From Hypanus sabinus (lineage: Eukaryota): a stretch of 64,000 nucleotides of DNA. Positions 35,285 to 48,380 of the stretch are shown here, piece by piece. The translations under genes were made by a program, and so were the position numbers. Each line of letters begins with the position of its first letter. Positions within the stretch are counted from its first letter, which is position 1. The DNA is taken from positions 118,544,001 to 118,608,000 of the forward strand of contig NC_082707.1 in assembly GCF_030144855.1 (NCBI RefSeq). The letters run 5' to 3'. Below the pieces are notes generated by a model, which was not told the origin of the DNA, ran no database searches, and was given only the letters and a program-made list of their open reading frames with translations.

Positions 35285-36236
35285 GTTTTTTGGCAGTGCG
35301 ATGTTTGCTTCCAGAATTTGCTGGTATTTAATTGAATTCACTCTTCCCTCTACCAGTGAAATGTTCCCCGTGCCACTGGCTGCAACATTCACTGTGGCCA
35401 AAAAGTTCTATTTTAACTTCATCAGTCCACAGAACTTGTTTCCAAAATGCATCAGGCTTGTTTAGATGTTCCTTTGCAAACTTCTGACACTGAATTTTGG
35501 CCACAATGAGCAAAGGTATGTTTGGAGAAAAAGGGTGCAGAATTTCCTGAAAAGTGCACCTCTCCAACTGTTAAGCATGAGGGTGGATCGATCATACTTT
35601 GGGCTTGTGTTGCAGCCAGTGACATGGGAAACATTTCACCGGTAGAGGGAAGAATGAATTCAATTAAATACCAGCAAATTCTGGAAGCAAATATCGCACC
35701 ATCTGTAAAAAAGCTGAAGATGAAAAGAGGATGGCTTCTACAACAGGATGATGATCCTGAACAACCTCAAAATCCGCAATTGGCTACCTCAAGAGGCGCA
35801 AGCTGAAGGTTTTGCCATGGCCCTCACAGTCCCCCAACCTAAACATAATTGAAAATCTGTGGATAAACCTCAAAGAGCAGTACATGCAAGACAGCCCAAG
35901 AATCTCACAGAACTAGAAGCCTCTTGCAAGGAAGAATGGGCAAAAATCCCCCAAAGAAGAATTGAAAGACTCTTAGCTGGCTACAGAAAGCGTTTACAAG
36001 CTGTGATACTTGCCAAGGGGGTGTTACTAAGTACTGACCATGCAGGGCGCCCAAACTTTTGCTTTTTTGTTATTTTGAAACTGTAAAAGATGGAAATAAA
36101 GTAATCTTAAAATATTAAAGAAATGTGTCATCTTTAACTTTATGCATTTTGGAAATCAGGTCATCTTTTACTTGCTTAGCTATTCACAGTAACAGAAATT
36201 TTGACCGGGGTATCCAAACTTTTGCATGCTGCTGTA
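35285..36236 (+). mobile_element. Tc1-family (IR/DR type) transposon remnant with an inverted 5' part
   Basis: + strand: PTVKHEGGSIILWACVAAS..MNSIKYQQILE..LLQQDDDP and WPSQSPNLNIIENLW. - strand 35390-35495: KFAKEHLNKPDAFWKQVLWTDEVKIELFGH. The right end ccaaacttttgcatgctgctg-TA has an inner direct repeat at 36050-36062. Confidence 0.9.
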
Positions 36237-36279
36237 TATGTACTTTGATAATAAACTTACTTTGAAATATGAACTATAT

Positions 36280-37045
36280 GTCAGCAAGATGGAAGAGTTG
36301 GTTGTTGACCCAAGGAAGCAGGGGGAATGAGCATCATAATTGAAGGAAATTCTGTGAAAATGGGTAACAGTTTCAAGTTCCTTGCATCCATATTGTCAGC
36401 AATCTCATTGATGCATTGATGAAGAAAGCATATTTACTTTCTTAGGTATTTGAGAAAATTCAGAATGTCCATTAAGAGTCTCCCAAATTTCTACAAACGT
36501 GCTACAGGAATTATCCATACAGGTTGCATCTCTGCCTGGTATGCTAAATGTTCTGATTTGGAACCTACAGAGAGTGGTAAACACAACAAAATGTATCACA
36601 GGCTTATCACTTCCTTCTATCCAGTCCCTCTTCATCGCATATTGTTTCAAGAAGACAACTGTATCATCAAGGATGTCTGCCACCTGGCCATTCCCTTTAC
36701 TCTCTGAGAGAGGAAGCTGGAACTTTGAAAGCACAGGCATCCACATTCAAGAACAGCTTCTTCTCCACCGCTATCAGGCTCCGGAGTAATTAACTCTGTC
36801 ACATCCCTTTCCCAGTGGTGCATCTGAATTTTTTGCATTCTCAATTCTACAGATACTTAGTTATTCTGTTGTTGATGTTTCAGCATTTCTTTTTGCACTA
36901 CTTCAATTTGCACCACCATCTTTGCACCATTTTGCTGTTTCATGCTCATTCTTGTATTTCTTATTGGCATGTATACTGTCTACTCTGTGAACTCCATGTG
37001 AGCAGAAGATTCCGTTGTGCCTTAGTGTATGTAACAATGAACTAA
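36280..37045 (+). pseudogene. Rex1/Babar 3' fragment
   Basis: FKFLA.., LRKFRMSIKSLPNFY..IHTGCISAWYA, ..NSFFS.AIRL-like end. Confidence 0.75.
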
Positions 37046-38129
37046 TCTGAAATTTGATTCATTTTCATATTGCCCTAACACTCCTATTAATGGTGACATT
37101 TGTCTGTAATGTAGTAAAGTCTGTTGTTTCATCCTTGGGGCCTTTGTTAATGTTGAGGTGTGACTTCTGCAGGAAAGTTTTTCTTAGTATCTTGTTAGAC
37201 TTATACAATGTCGGTGATCTATCTTGCCAACCTTAGCAATCATGGAATGTTCACTTGCAAAATGGGACATTCTTAACAGCAGCCTTTCAGCATGAGCTTG
37301 TCACCAGAAGAACATAGTCTAAAGGTAATTGCTTTCAGGATTGTTTTTCAGTTGGGGGCATGGAAGTAGTCTTTGAAGTGTTGGGGTGTCTGGATAGAAA
37401 TTGAAAAAGGTTAAAATAGGCAGATTGTTGTATGTAATTCAAAACCTGCTAGAAAAGCAGAATATTCCATCTTTGAACATGTTCAGCAAGTGGAACTCCT
37501 TTGTGTTTCAACAGCTTGTATTTAATGTAATGGCTGATGACTAACATCTCGCCGTCCTTGCAAGTATACCAGACTGCTTTTGATGGACTGTGGAGCTGGG
37601 AGGTGTGACCATATACATTAGCAAGTGAGGAGAGAAGCTTGGCTAGTAAGGGAAGCAGGGAGCCTGGGTTACATGAGCATTTGGGGGGCTTTGGCTGCCT
37701 TTTCTTTGCAGTGCTTCATTGTAACAGGATTCCATTTAGATTAACTGATTAAATTCATGGTTCCTGTGCATTTCAAGGCCTTGACTGAGCTGCTGTTTTT
37801 TTGTCACTGCCGATATTGTTTCTCTCTCAATTTGTCTCATTCAGTGTGCCTGCTGGAGCAGAATGACATTCTGCACACTGTTGCACTCTGTCCTTTGAAG
37901 TCATTTTGTTCTAAAAGGCAATTGATTTCTCCCAACCCAACTCAAAGATATTGTGTCAAATACACAGTGTTAGAAATACCCAGTAGGTCTACTGAGGTGT
38001 GGAAATTAAAAAAAGCAGATTTACGTTAATGTACACTCATTCTGCTTGAATTCCAAAACATTTCTCACAGTTTATTGTAATGTTTATAAAGAAATAGAAA
38101 CAGAAGTCTGTAAGGCCAGAGTGCACTTG

Positions 38130-38900
38130 CAAGATGCTGTACTTGAACAAATTAAACCAGGGAAGGACATGCACTATAAATAGTGGGGCCTTGAATAAAG
38201 TGTTGTAGGCCAGAGAGCCCTGAGATACACGTACAAAGTTCCCTAGAAGTGGCATCACAGCGAGACAGGGTGGTGATGAAGGCATTTGGTGTATTAGCCT
38301 TCCTGAGTCAGGGCACTGAGTACTGGAGTTTGAATGCCATGTTGCACCTTTACAAGTCCTTGTTGAGACTACAATTGGAAAATTTTACACAGTTCTGGTT
38401 GTCCAGCTAAAGGAAGGATGTCATTAAGTTGAAAAAGGTGTAGGAAAGATTCACCAGGATGCTTTTGGGAGGCCTTAAGTTTTAAGGAGAAGCTGAATAG
38501 GCTGGGACTCTTTCCCTGCAGCATAAGAGGCTGAGTAATGACCTTATAGAGGTTTAAAATTATTATGTGTGTAGATAAGCTAGATGGTCACAGCTTTTCC
38601 CAGGGAAGGAGATTCTAAAACTAGAGGAAATAGATTTAAATGTGAGGAATAAATTTAAAAGAGAACTAAGGGTTAACATTTTCTCACAGAGGATGGTGGA
38701 TATAAGAACTGAGCTGCTAGAGGAAATGGTGGAAGTGAGTACAATTGCAATGTGTAGAAGACATTGGGACAGTTATGTGGATAGAAAAGGTTTTGATGGT
38801 TATGTGTCAAATGCAGGTATATGAGATTGTCTCTGATAAACATCCTGGTTGGCTTGGACAAGTTGGGTCCTCACTGTATATCTCCTACAACACTCTGACA
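38130..38900 (+). pseudogene. Degenerate CR1 3' region
   Basis: RNKFKRELRVNIFSQRMVDI..VEVSTIAM..; LYKSLLRLQLE-like. Confidence 0.7.
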
Positions 38901-39859
38901 TGGGTAATTCATTGTTCGTACAAATGCAATGTTAATAGTAGCACTGCCCTAGAGAATCTATAATTTGAGCAAATCTCTAATTGACAGTGGCCAGCAGACT
39001 GATCTTCCAGCAGATGGGTGGTTGTCACTCTGTACTTGGCTTGGCTTCAAGGATGCTTGTTGCAGGCCTTAGAGTCTTCACACTGTTAGCTCAAGCTGAT
39101 AATCTGATTGGACAGTATGAAATACTCATAGACAGCACCTGACTGTTGATGCTTACTCCTCAAAAAACTGAAATTTATGCATGGATGTTGTATTGAAGAG
39201 ATCTAGGTGTGGATGATAGTTTTGGACATCTGTAACCACATTGGTTCAGATGTACTCAGCAAACTTCTTGACTTTGAGGAGTGCTTTTCAAAACTAGTGT
39301 TCTTTCTTCAAGATGGAGTCACTGTAACTCTTCCATCTTAAAAATGCTTTAATCCTTGACATTCTCCTGGTGATCACTCTACAAAGATAATGGATGCCAG
39401 TTAATTGAGACACATCAGGAACAGTACATTTTCCCCAATTAAGAGGCTGCCCAATTTAGCCGAAATTCAATTGGAAATAGTTAAAAAGATATTTTAAAAA
39501 AAGGCAAATTAATGATTTAACTGAGTAACAATTTATGTATTTAAATGAAATACAGAAAAAATTAGAACTCTCTACCAATACACTTACAGTACTATAAAAC
39601 TCTGTATTAACAATGGAGGAATTTATTCAGTGTACGCTGCTGTGTTCTTTTGAAAACTGCAAATGAACAAAATCAGTACAGACACCTAGTGCAGACAGTA
39701 GACTGCCTTCATGCCATGCTTTTGATTTTTATATCTGACAATTCTTCATTTTAATTGTATTATTCAAGTTGACTGTCAATACCTTCAAATTCTTCTTCGT
39801 TCTTAACTTGTTGAAGTTGTGAAATTGTTTCATTTTCATTTCCAGCCTTTCTCGTATCT

Positions 39860-39953
39860 CCAAGTAATACACACAGAATGCTGGAGGAGCCAGGCAGCAT
39901 CTTTTGAAAAGAATAAACAGCCGATGTTTCAAGCTGAAACCCTTCAATAAGAC
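39860..39953 (-). mobile_element. Short PLE-tail/HHR element
   Basis: Reverse complement gtc-ttattga-aggg-tttcag-ctt-gaaac-atc-ggctg..gatgctgcctgg..ccagcattctgtgtg; ctccaa is repeated on both sides. Confidence 0.8.
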
Positions 39954-40273
39954 ATCTACAGCTCCAAACCTGAATGCTTGAAACCACAATGAGCAAAACA
40001 GTTCTGAATAGTCTTACTGCTTATTTATCGCCAACTATTAGTGACAAATTTTGCTGCTTTTTGAACACAAGCACACGTAACTGATGCTATTTAAAAATTG
40101 TTCACTCTCAAGAAGGTGTAATATCTAACAGCCACACAAGTGCACACAACTGTAGCCAGTTAGAAACTATTCGGCAACAGTCTGCTGACCCAACTAAGCA
40201 TCATAGTATCCCAAATAAAAGGAATCCAGGTTATTTTGTTGATTAATTTTTATTCTTTAAGAGTTGTCCCAAC

Positions 40274-41105
40274 CATAGTGTCTATAAAAAGTATTCACCA
40301 CCCTTGGAGGTTTTCATGTTTTATTGTTTTACAACATGGAATCATAGTGGATTTAATTTGGCTTTTTTGACACTGATCAACAGAAAAGGTTCTTTTGTGT
40401 CAAAGTGAAAAAAAATTATTTAAGTTGGTCTAAATTGATTACAATTATTAAACACAAAATAATTGATTGCATAATTACTTACCGCTTTCAAGTCAGTATT
40501 TAGTAGATACAGGTGTCCCCGCTTTACGAATGTTTGCTTTACACCACTTTGCTTTTACAAAAGAACTACATTAGTAACCTGTTTTCGCATTACAAAGAGG
40601 ATTTTCGCATTAACAAACATTTTCCCCATATAAATTAATGGTTCTTTGCTTTACACCATTTTGGCTTAAGAAAGGTTTCATAGGAACGCTCTACCTTTGT
40701 AAAAGGGTGGGGGTCACCTATATACCTTTGGTAGCCTTGCGTCTGTGTGGATCAGGATCTCTTATCAGGTTTGCACATCTGGACACTGCAATTTTTCCCT
40801 ATTCTTCTTTACAAAACTGCTCAAGCTGTGCCAGATTGCATGGGGATCGTGAGTGAGCATCCCTTTTCAAGTTCAGCCACAAATTCTCAATTGGATTGAA
40901 GTCTGGACTTTGACTTGACCAGTCCAGGGCATTACCTTTGTTGTTTTTAAGCCATTCCTGTGTAGATTTGGCTTTATGCTTGAGGGCTTTGTCTTGTTAG
41001 AAAACAAATCTTCCAAATCACAGTTCTCTTGCAGACTGCATCAAGTTTTCCTCCAGGATTTCCCAGTATTTTGCTCCATTCGTTTTACCCTCTACCTTCA
41101 CAAGT
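40274..41105 (-). mobile_element. Tc1 transposon 3' part
   Basis: TIR-like atagtgtctataaaaagtattcacc. The minus strand encodes QDKALKHKAKSTQEWLKNNK..DWSSQSPDFNPIENLWLNLKR. Confidence 0.85.
40510..40720. mobile_element. Tigger-like MITE with TA duplication inside the Tc1
   Basis: TA-caggtgtccccgctttacgaa ... tttgtaaaagggtgggggtcaccta-TA. Confidence 0.75.
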
Positions 41106-41479
41106 CATCTAGGGACGGTGTATTTTTGAAAAGCTCTGTAAGTGGCTGCCTCGATTAATCAATGGTCCAATTAATCAAAATCTATTGTAATTACAGAACT
41201 TGCAAAACTGCTATGAATGTTGATGCACTCTCTTTCGATGCTACACAGTCCTGGGGACCTTGTGTAAATCTAGCATATGCAAGATTATGATGCTGATGGA
41301 AGAGACAATTTCTCAATATATATTTAATTATTATGGAAATGTACATAATTGCAGCATTTTACAATGTTAAATGGTGCTTTGTAAATGCACCGTGTCCAAA
41401 TATGTTTTATAGGGAAATTGACATTAAACTACATAAGGATGTATTAAGACAGGTGCCCCAAAGCTTTTTCAAAACTGGT

Positions 41480-41990
41480 GAGAAGTTAGTTGAATTGTAT
41501 TGGTTTATTATTGTCACATGTACTGAGATACAGTGAGAAAGATTTTGTTGGCATTCCAGCCAGACAGATCATTCTATGCATGTAACATTGAGGTAATAAA
41601 AAGAGAAACAAAATTCAGAATCTAGCCACAGTTATGGTACAGTGCAGGTAGACAAATAAAGTGCAAGGCTCACGATGAGGTAGATTTGGAGATTGAGAGT
41701 TCATCTTTTAGTGTATGAAGTTTGTTGAAGAATCTGATAACAGTGCTTCAGTCTAGTCATTTGTGCTCTTAGGTTTTTATATTTTATTTCCTAAGTGAGA
41801 GGGGAGAAAAGCGAATGACCAGGATGGGAAGGGTCCTTGATAATGTTGGTTCCATTCCAAGACAGTATAAAGTATATATGAAGTCAATGAAGTTTTCGTG
41901 ATGGACTGGGCTGTATTTGCAACTCTCTTCAATTCTGCAAATGGAGAAAAATGAAAAGTGGAAAGGTTTAGAGAAGACATTTCTGAGTCT
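41480..41990 (-). mobile_element. Rex1/Babar 3' end
   Basis: Antisense 3' UTR (ttggtttattattgtcacatgtactgagatacag); minus ORF ELKRVANTAQSITKTSL. Confidence 0.7.
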
Positions 41991-43339
41991 GGTCTTTAGG
42001 CCAGAACACAAATAGTGGAGCAGTAAAATCAGGGTTATAACTTAATTTGAGAAATAACAGCAAGAATATGACATCTGAGCTTAAAATGGTGCAAATGGAA
42101 TACAGTATAATAACTTTATTGATTTTTCATTGAACAGTTGAATTTATTATTTAGCTGTATGTGGTGTTATGCATTGGAATTTTGCCATTATCAGCTCAGC
42201 ATAATCAGTTTGTGGGAGATTTCGCTATATGATTGCTAACATGACCAACCTTGTGGCCCTGTCTAGTTTTGCTGATCGGAAGATAAATTGAAATTTTGTT
42301 CATTGGGGATCTTCCTTTCACTTGCAGTATTAGTGAATGGGCAAAGCAAGTTTGGTTTGTGTTCTAACCAAATCAATGAAAGTTTTGTTCCAATGGTCCT
42401 GAGAATTTCTTCTCTGATTGCCCATAGCAGAAATTTAAATATTTATTTCATGGACACTAATCAGTATGGGAGGGTTGAAAATTCTTTTTGGCTCAGCTGA
42501 AACGACCCCCTCAACCACCACTACCACTGCAGTTTTAACTGATAATCAGATACCATGGTCATGGATATTAATGTAACTGAGGTCCCTTCAATAAAGTTGG
42601 TGGAGAAAATACAAAGGTATGATAAAAAAAATTTCCCCAGTCTTGAATTTATGTAGCAATTATGGAGCAATCGCCACAGGCAAGACTTGAAGCAGCTAGC
42701 AAATAAAAGGTAAATCACATTTTTCCTTTCTGTGTCACGGTGCTGAGGAATCACTGACAATGCTATGTGCCCTATGTACTGAGCACTCATGATAATTATC
42801 ACTAATTGGTGGAAGAGAGACCCCAATGATCCTCTTAACAATCCTTGCAATCCTTTGTAGGGACCTATGGTCCAATACCTTACAAATCCCGTATTAAACA
42901 TTGATGAGCTGGTCAGGATACTCTCAACAGTACTCTTGTTAAAACTGTTGGGGGTGGGGGGGTAGCCTCATTTGTCCTAACCTCCTCTGTAAGTGGAGAC
43001 ATTGATGTGCTTTCTTGACCAAAAAGGTGGTGTTGAGGGACCAGGTGAGATCAGGTGATATAGTACTTTTAGATTCTTTTTCTACAGGCATTTACAGGAA
43101 AATAAATTAATACAATAGAATTAATGAAAAAACATATAGAAAAAAAATTGATAAGCAACCAATGTGCAAGAGAAGACAAACTGTGTAAAAAAAAACAAAC
43201 TGTGAATAAAAGTTGTAAAGAGTTCTTGAAAGTGAGTCTGTAGGCCATAGAATCATTTCGAAGTAGTGGTGATTGAAGTTGTCTACAGTGGTTTAGGAGC
43301 TTGATTATTATCAGCAAGTTTCTTGAGAACTTGTGGACC

Positions 43340-45170
43340 ACAAAATCAACAATCTGGCTGTTCTCCAACAGAAAACTATGGATGAATCAGGAGATCCACT
43401 CCTGACCGAAGTCTAGGACTGCACTCTTCAAATCAGGTGACCATGACATTTACAAGGATTCAAAATACAACCTTTGTAAAGCTATCAGAGATGGCAAGGG
43501 ATAATTTCAGTCCAAAGTCGAGTCCTAGACTAGCTATCAGTTGTGACAAGGCTTGCATACTATAGTGAGCAAAAAACCAAAGTTGGACAATTTTATGAGT
43601 ACAGTACACCCCTTCCCTATGAGCTTAATACATTCTGTGTACTTTTTGAACGGCAGGCATTTGTCACCACTTATCCCAGTAGCATCCAGTACATTTGAAC
43701 ATACAATTAGGGCGGTGGATGCAAAATAAGTCTTCCAGAGATTCCGTGGAAATCATCTAGCCCGGATGGTGTTCCTGGCCTAAGCAAATCTGCTGGTGGG
43801 GGAATTTGCAGACATTTTTAACCTCTTCCTTCTTCAGTCTGAGGTTTCTACCTGATTTAAGAAGACCACTATCATCCTAATACCTAAGAAAAACAAGTTA
43901 ACTGCCTTCTTGACTACTGCCCATTAGCTCTGAAATCTGCCATTATGAAATGCTTTGAGGCTGATCATGGCATGCATTAACTCCAGCCTCCCAGACAACC
44001 TTGACCCACTGCAGTTTGCCTACTGCCAAGACAAGTCTATGCTGAATGCCACACTCACTTTGGAGCATCTGGACAGATAAAAAACACTTAACTGACACTA
44101 TTGAGTAATGAGTACATCTTGGCCTTTAATATTTAATCTCGGCCTTTAATCCAAGCAAACTCATCACTATGAGACCTGGGAAGGAGCACCTCCCTTTGCA
44201 ACCGGATGCATGACTTCTGAAACCAAAATACTACAGTAACTGAGGATATGCAGGAACACTTTCGCCACTATTACTCTAAGCACTCCTCAAGCTCTTTTGT
44301 ACTCCCCATTTACTCATGACTGCATGACCAGTTACGGCTCTACCTCAATCTATCAGATTGCAATTGATTCCACTGTAGTGGGCTGTATCTCAAGTAATAA
44401 TGAGTCATAGTACAGGAAAGCAATAGAGACATGGTATTAATATTTCCCTCAATATCAACAATGCAAAAGAGCTAGTCATTGATTTCAGAAAGGGGAGCAG
44501 TACACATGTTGTGTCTACATCAGCAGTGCTGGGGGTTGAGAGCTTTAAGTTCCTGGAGTAAACATCACAAATAGGCTGTACTGGTCCAACAATAAAACTC
44601 AACAACACTTACACTTCCTTAAGAGGCTAAAGAACTTTGGCATGTTCCCAATGATTCTCACCAGGTTTTATTGAGACACTATAGAAAGCATCCTATCTGG
44701 GTGCTTCATGGCTTGATTTTGCAGCAGCTCTGCCCATGACTGCAAGAAATTGGCGAGAGTTGTGTACACAGCTCAGCACATCACAGAAACCAGCCTCCCT
44801 TCCACGGTCTCTGTCTATCCCTCTCACTACTTCAGTAAAGCAGCCAGCCTAATCAAAGACCCATCTTGGACATTCTCCCTTCTCTCTGCTCCCCTCTCCC
44901 GTTAGACAGAAGGTACAAAGCCTGACTATTGAGTGATTCCTAGTAGGATAAGAAGGTCTCTTGAGCTCACAATCTACCTTGTTATGATCTTGCACCTAAT
45001 TGTCTACCTGCACTGCACTTTCTCCATAGCTGTTTATACTATTCTGCATTTTGTTTTGTTTTACCTTGTACTACCTCAATGAACTGGGTAACAAATTGAT
45101 CTGTGTGAGCAATATTTAAGACAAGCTTTGCATTATATCTTGGTACCTGTGCGTGTAATGAATCAATTCA
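43340..45170 (+). pseudogene. Rex1/Babar LINE (about 1.8 kb, RT to 3' UTR)
   Basis: gcagacatttttaacctct (ADIFNL), cctaagaaaaac..gactactgcccattagctctg..atgaaatgctttgag, gacccactgcagtttgcctac (DPLQFAY), tttaagttcctgg (FKFLG). Confidence 0.85.
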
Positions 45171-45484
45171 AATTCCAAATACTCCCCAGATTCAGAGTTA
45201 TCACTTGCTGTTTATTCTTGGGCAGTGAAGAGGAATCATGGAAGATACATTTTTGAATGATGAAATGAAGCAGCTTGTAAACCTTGCAGATATTTCCATT
45301 CCCCTTTGGTGTATGTTGCTATTCAAGGTGAATAATCTTTGGTGTCTCGGTACTCATTTCCTCATCTTGTCTTTCAGAATCCCAAGGGTGGCATTTGTTC
45401 TCATACACACATTAGCTTGCATGAAACACTGCTATTTAAAACAAGGTGGATTGGAAACTGCCGCAGCCTTTCCAAATGATAAAT

Positions 45485-45800
45485 TTTCCTCAAGTGTTCT
45501 GGTTAATATCCAATGAAACAAATACCTTATTGCCTTATCATTGTTTCATTGTCTCTGTGTAAATTGGCTACCATGTTTCCTACAGTTGAACAATGGCTAT
45601 ACTTTAAAAAAAACATGCACTTGAAATACTAACTTTACTTCTCCCCCATGGATGCTGCCTGAATTGCTGTGTATTTGCTACTTTTATTTCATATTTTTAA
45701 TATCCACTGTACTTTGTAATCAAAAGTAATTTATGAGCTTTGAAATACTTTGCAATGTCCTCAGGATATGAAGAGCACTGTTATAGCAAGTTTTCCCTTT
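45485..45800 (+). mobile_element. DeuSINE/SacSINE1-like 3' half
   Basis: tgtgtaaattggctaccatgtttcctacagt..aaaagta..tttg..gtcctcagga..gcactgttatagcaagt. Confidence 0.5.
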
Positions 45801-46794
45801 AATCTACCATATGAAGTTAATTGGCCCACTTGATGTCTTTGCCAGATAAGGTGCCTGTTGGGACCAGGTTTGGCATCTTGAAGTGGAAAGTCAGTGAAGT
45901 ACTCTGAGGGTATGAGCAACATTCTGACTGTCTTTGGGAGCAGGTATGACATGTACCTATTTGTGTCATGACCTGATTAAAGATTCTTGAGCACAGAACT
46001 CTTATGAATAATCAGTGAATACAATACTCAGCTTGTGGATTGTTGTTCTTACAATGTTGTGCTTGCTCCTCCCTATGTATCTTTGCCAAAGGCTGAGCAC
46101 AGGAAACAATCTAGACAGCTTTGGAAATACTTAAACATAGGCTGCTTGATGTTTGAAATGGGAGTAATTGAGCTGTATTAATTTACAATCTGGCAGTTCA
46201 GGCTATACTTTAATTGGTGCTGCATTTGAAAAGTACAGATATTGCCGGAGTTTCTTTTGACACCATTTTCTTCTCTTCTAAAAGGACAAACTCTCTTTGC
46301 ATCAAACCTCCGCAGCTGCAGTATAACCTCCAACCCAATCTGGCATTCAGCTTGAACTAGCCTTAGCAATGAATGTTGGCAAACTATTCAGCTGTGTGAG
46401 TGGAGTCTGACGTTGTGTCCATTGGTATTTACAAAACAGCAGACTTGGATTTGTATTGCACTTTTAACTGCTACATAGAAAGTTTTGGGGTAATAACTAG
46501 AAAAAAACTGCTCAAGGAATGGGCTATCAGGCAGCAAAGGAAGAGATAATAGAATCAGAGGAGGGAATTACACTAAATACTGTAGAGCCTGCTGAAGATT
46601 ATGTCACCAATGGTGAAGCAGTGAGATTGTTGCTCAGGAAGGGAGATTTCAGGATATTGTAAAAGTCAGGGTAGGCTTTATATGGTTATGTTCAAATACA
46701 GAATTTACAGTACAGAAATAACCATTTTGTCCCTGTTGGTCTGTGGTGATGTTAATACTCAGTACAAACCTATGCTTGACCTCAACCAAATACA

Positions 46795-47755
46795 CTCAGA
46801 CCCTGCTTAATGCTGAGGATACGCTGTGTAAATGAGCACTATGCAGGGTTATTATAACATTATGTAAATGGACATGTGTGCCTGATTTTTAAAAAAATCA
46901 AACCCGTGATATATGTTATATACATAGTAATTTGCGGAGTAGCAAACAGGCAAATGGACCTCACCTGTATATCAGCAACACATCCCAGCAGCAGCAGAGG
47001 GAAGCGAGTAGTGGTTACATCTTAGAGGATGGACCAGGCTGTGGGTCTGCCTCTATCTTCGGCTTCTTCTTCAAGTAGGCGTTAAGATTTGACTGCTTTT
47101 TCTTAAGTTTCTTCTCATGAAGCAGTTCTTGTTAGCAGGTAATCATGTCACGAACACCTCTCTTTGCCTCATTGCTTCGCTCCCAGTCAAGGTCATTATC
47201 GATAAACTGGACAATGATATGTGAGATTGTGGTGATGCTAATGCTGAGGAATTTTGTGAGGTTTCTTGCTGGTGTTTCTTCTTCTTGATCCATATCCTCA
47301 GATTCACCCAGGATGTGTTGTTCTGTCAATTCTCAAAGCTCTTCATTATTAAGGCTCTTGTAGTCTGCATTAGCTGCTTTACCAGAGATAGGTATGCTAT
47401 GGAGGTTACTGCGCTGTTTAAATCTATTAAGCCAACCTTTACTGGCTGTGAATGTTACTGACGTATCATCATCTTTTTGAATATAATTGAAGATGCTTCT
47501 TGCTTTTTCCATTATTATCATCTGGCTTAGGCACATGTTCTGTTGTGTTTGGTCACCCATCCATATATTTAGTCTATTTTCCACTTTTTCAAGCATATCA
47601 CCTTCATTGATGATAGCTTTGAGATCATTGTTGCAGAAGCTTTTATCTTGCCTACATTTTTTATAATTGTTCTGATCATCAATATATCCAATTTCAAAGA
47701 GGTGCCAACTTTAACCTGACTCTCACCAGCTTCCAAAAGCCATACAACATTTTCA
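46795..47755 (-). pseudogene. Tigger/pogo transposase remnant (CENP-B-type HTH; most of the DDE domain missing)
   Basis: LEAGESQVKVGTSLKL..IRTIIKN; LEKVENRLNIW..LSQMIIMEKARSIF..FTASKGWLNRFKQR..SGKAANAD; C-terminal DNDLDWERS..KR. Confidence 0.85.
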
Positions 47756-48380
47756 TGTATTTCATTTGCCACTTTTTTGCCCATTGTCCTAATCTATTTA
47801 ACTCTTTTTGCAGCCTACCTGTTTCCTCAACGCTACCTGCCCCTCTGCCAATCTTCATATCCACTGCAAACTTGGCAGCAAAGCTATCTATTCCATCATC
47901 TAAATCTTTGATATACAGCATAAAGAGAAGTGGTCGCAACACCTAACCCTGTGGAACACCACTAGTCACTGGCAGCCAACCAGAAAAGGATCCTTTTATT
48001 CCCAGTTGCTGACTCCTACCAATCAGCCAATGCTCCCAGAAACCCCTGCCATTGCTGCTCAGCTGTCATTCCTGCCAGTGTTCCCTTCCAATCAATTTTC
48101 ACTACCTCCCCTCTCATGCTTCTGTAATTCCCTTTACTCTAATGTAATACAGATCCATCTGACTTTAGCCTCTCCCTCTCAAATTGCAGGGTGAATTATA
48201 TCATATTATGACCACTCCCCTAAGGGCACCTTCACCTTAAGCTCTGTAATGAATTCTGGTTCTTCGAACAGCAACCAATCCAGAATAGGTGATCCCCTAG
48301 TGGGCTGAACTATGAGCTGCTCTAAAAAGCCATCTCATAGGCATTCTACAAGTTCCCCTCTTGGGATCCAGCACCAACCT
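47756..48380 (-). pseudogene. CR1 fragments
   Basis: LRPLLFMLYIKDLDDGIDSFAAKFAVDMKIGRGAGSVEETGRLQKELNRLGQWAKKWQMKY. Same subfamily as 23447-25650. Confidence 0.85.

Larger units (their letters stand above)
39380..41189. mobile_element. Tigger/pogo-like non-autonomous element hosting nested insertions
   Basis: Ends ta-caaagataatggatgccagttaattgagac..ccaattaagaggctgccc and taagtggctgcctcgattaatc..ccaattaatcaaaatctattg-ta, with ccaatta subterminal repeats. Confidence 0.6.

Noticed and set aside
45378-45450. Candidate exon after ctcatcttgtctttcag
   Set aside because: Poor donor site (gtggat) and no recognisable peptide.
45640-45710. Additional HHR copy
   Set aside because: Only a degenerate PLE-tail piece (ccatggatgctgcctga) is visible, with no ribozyme core.
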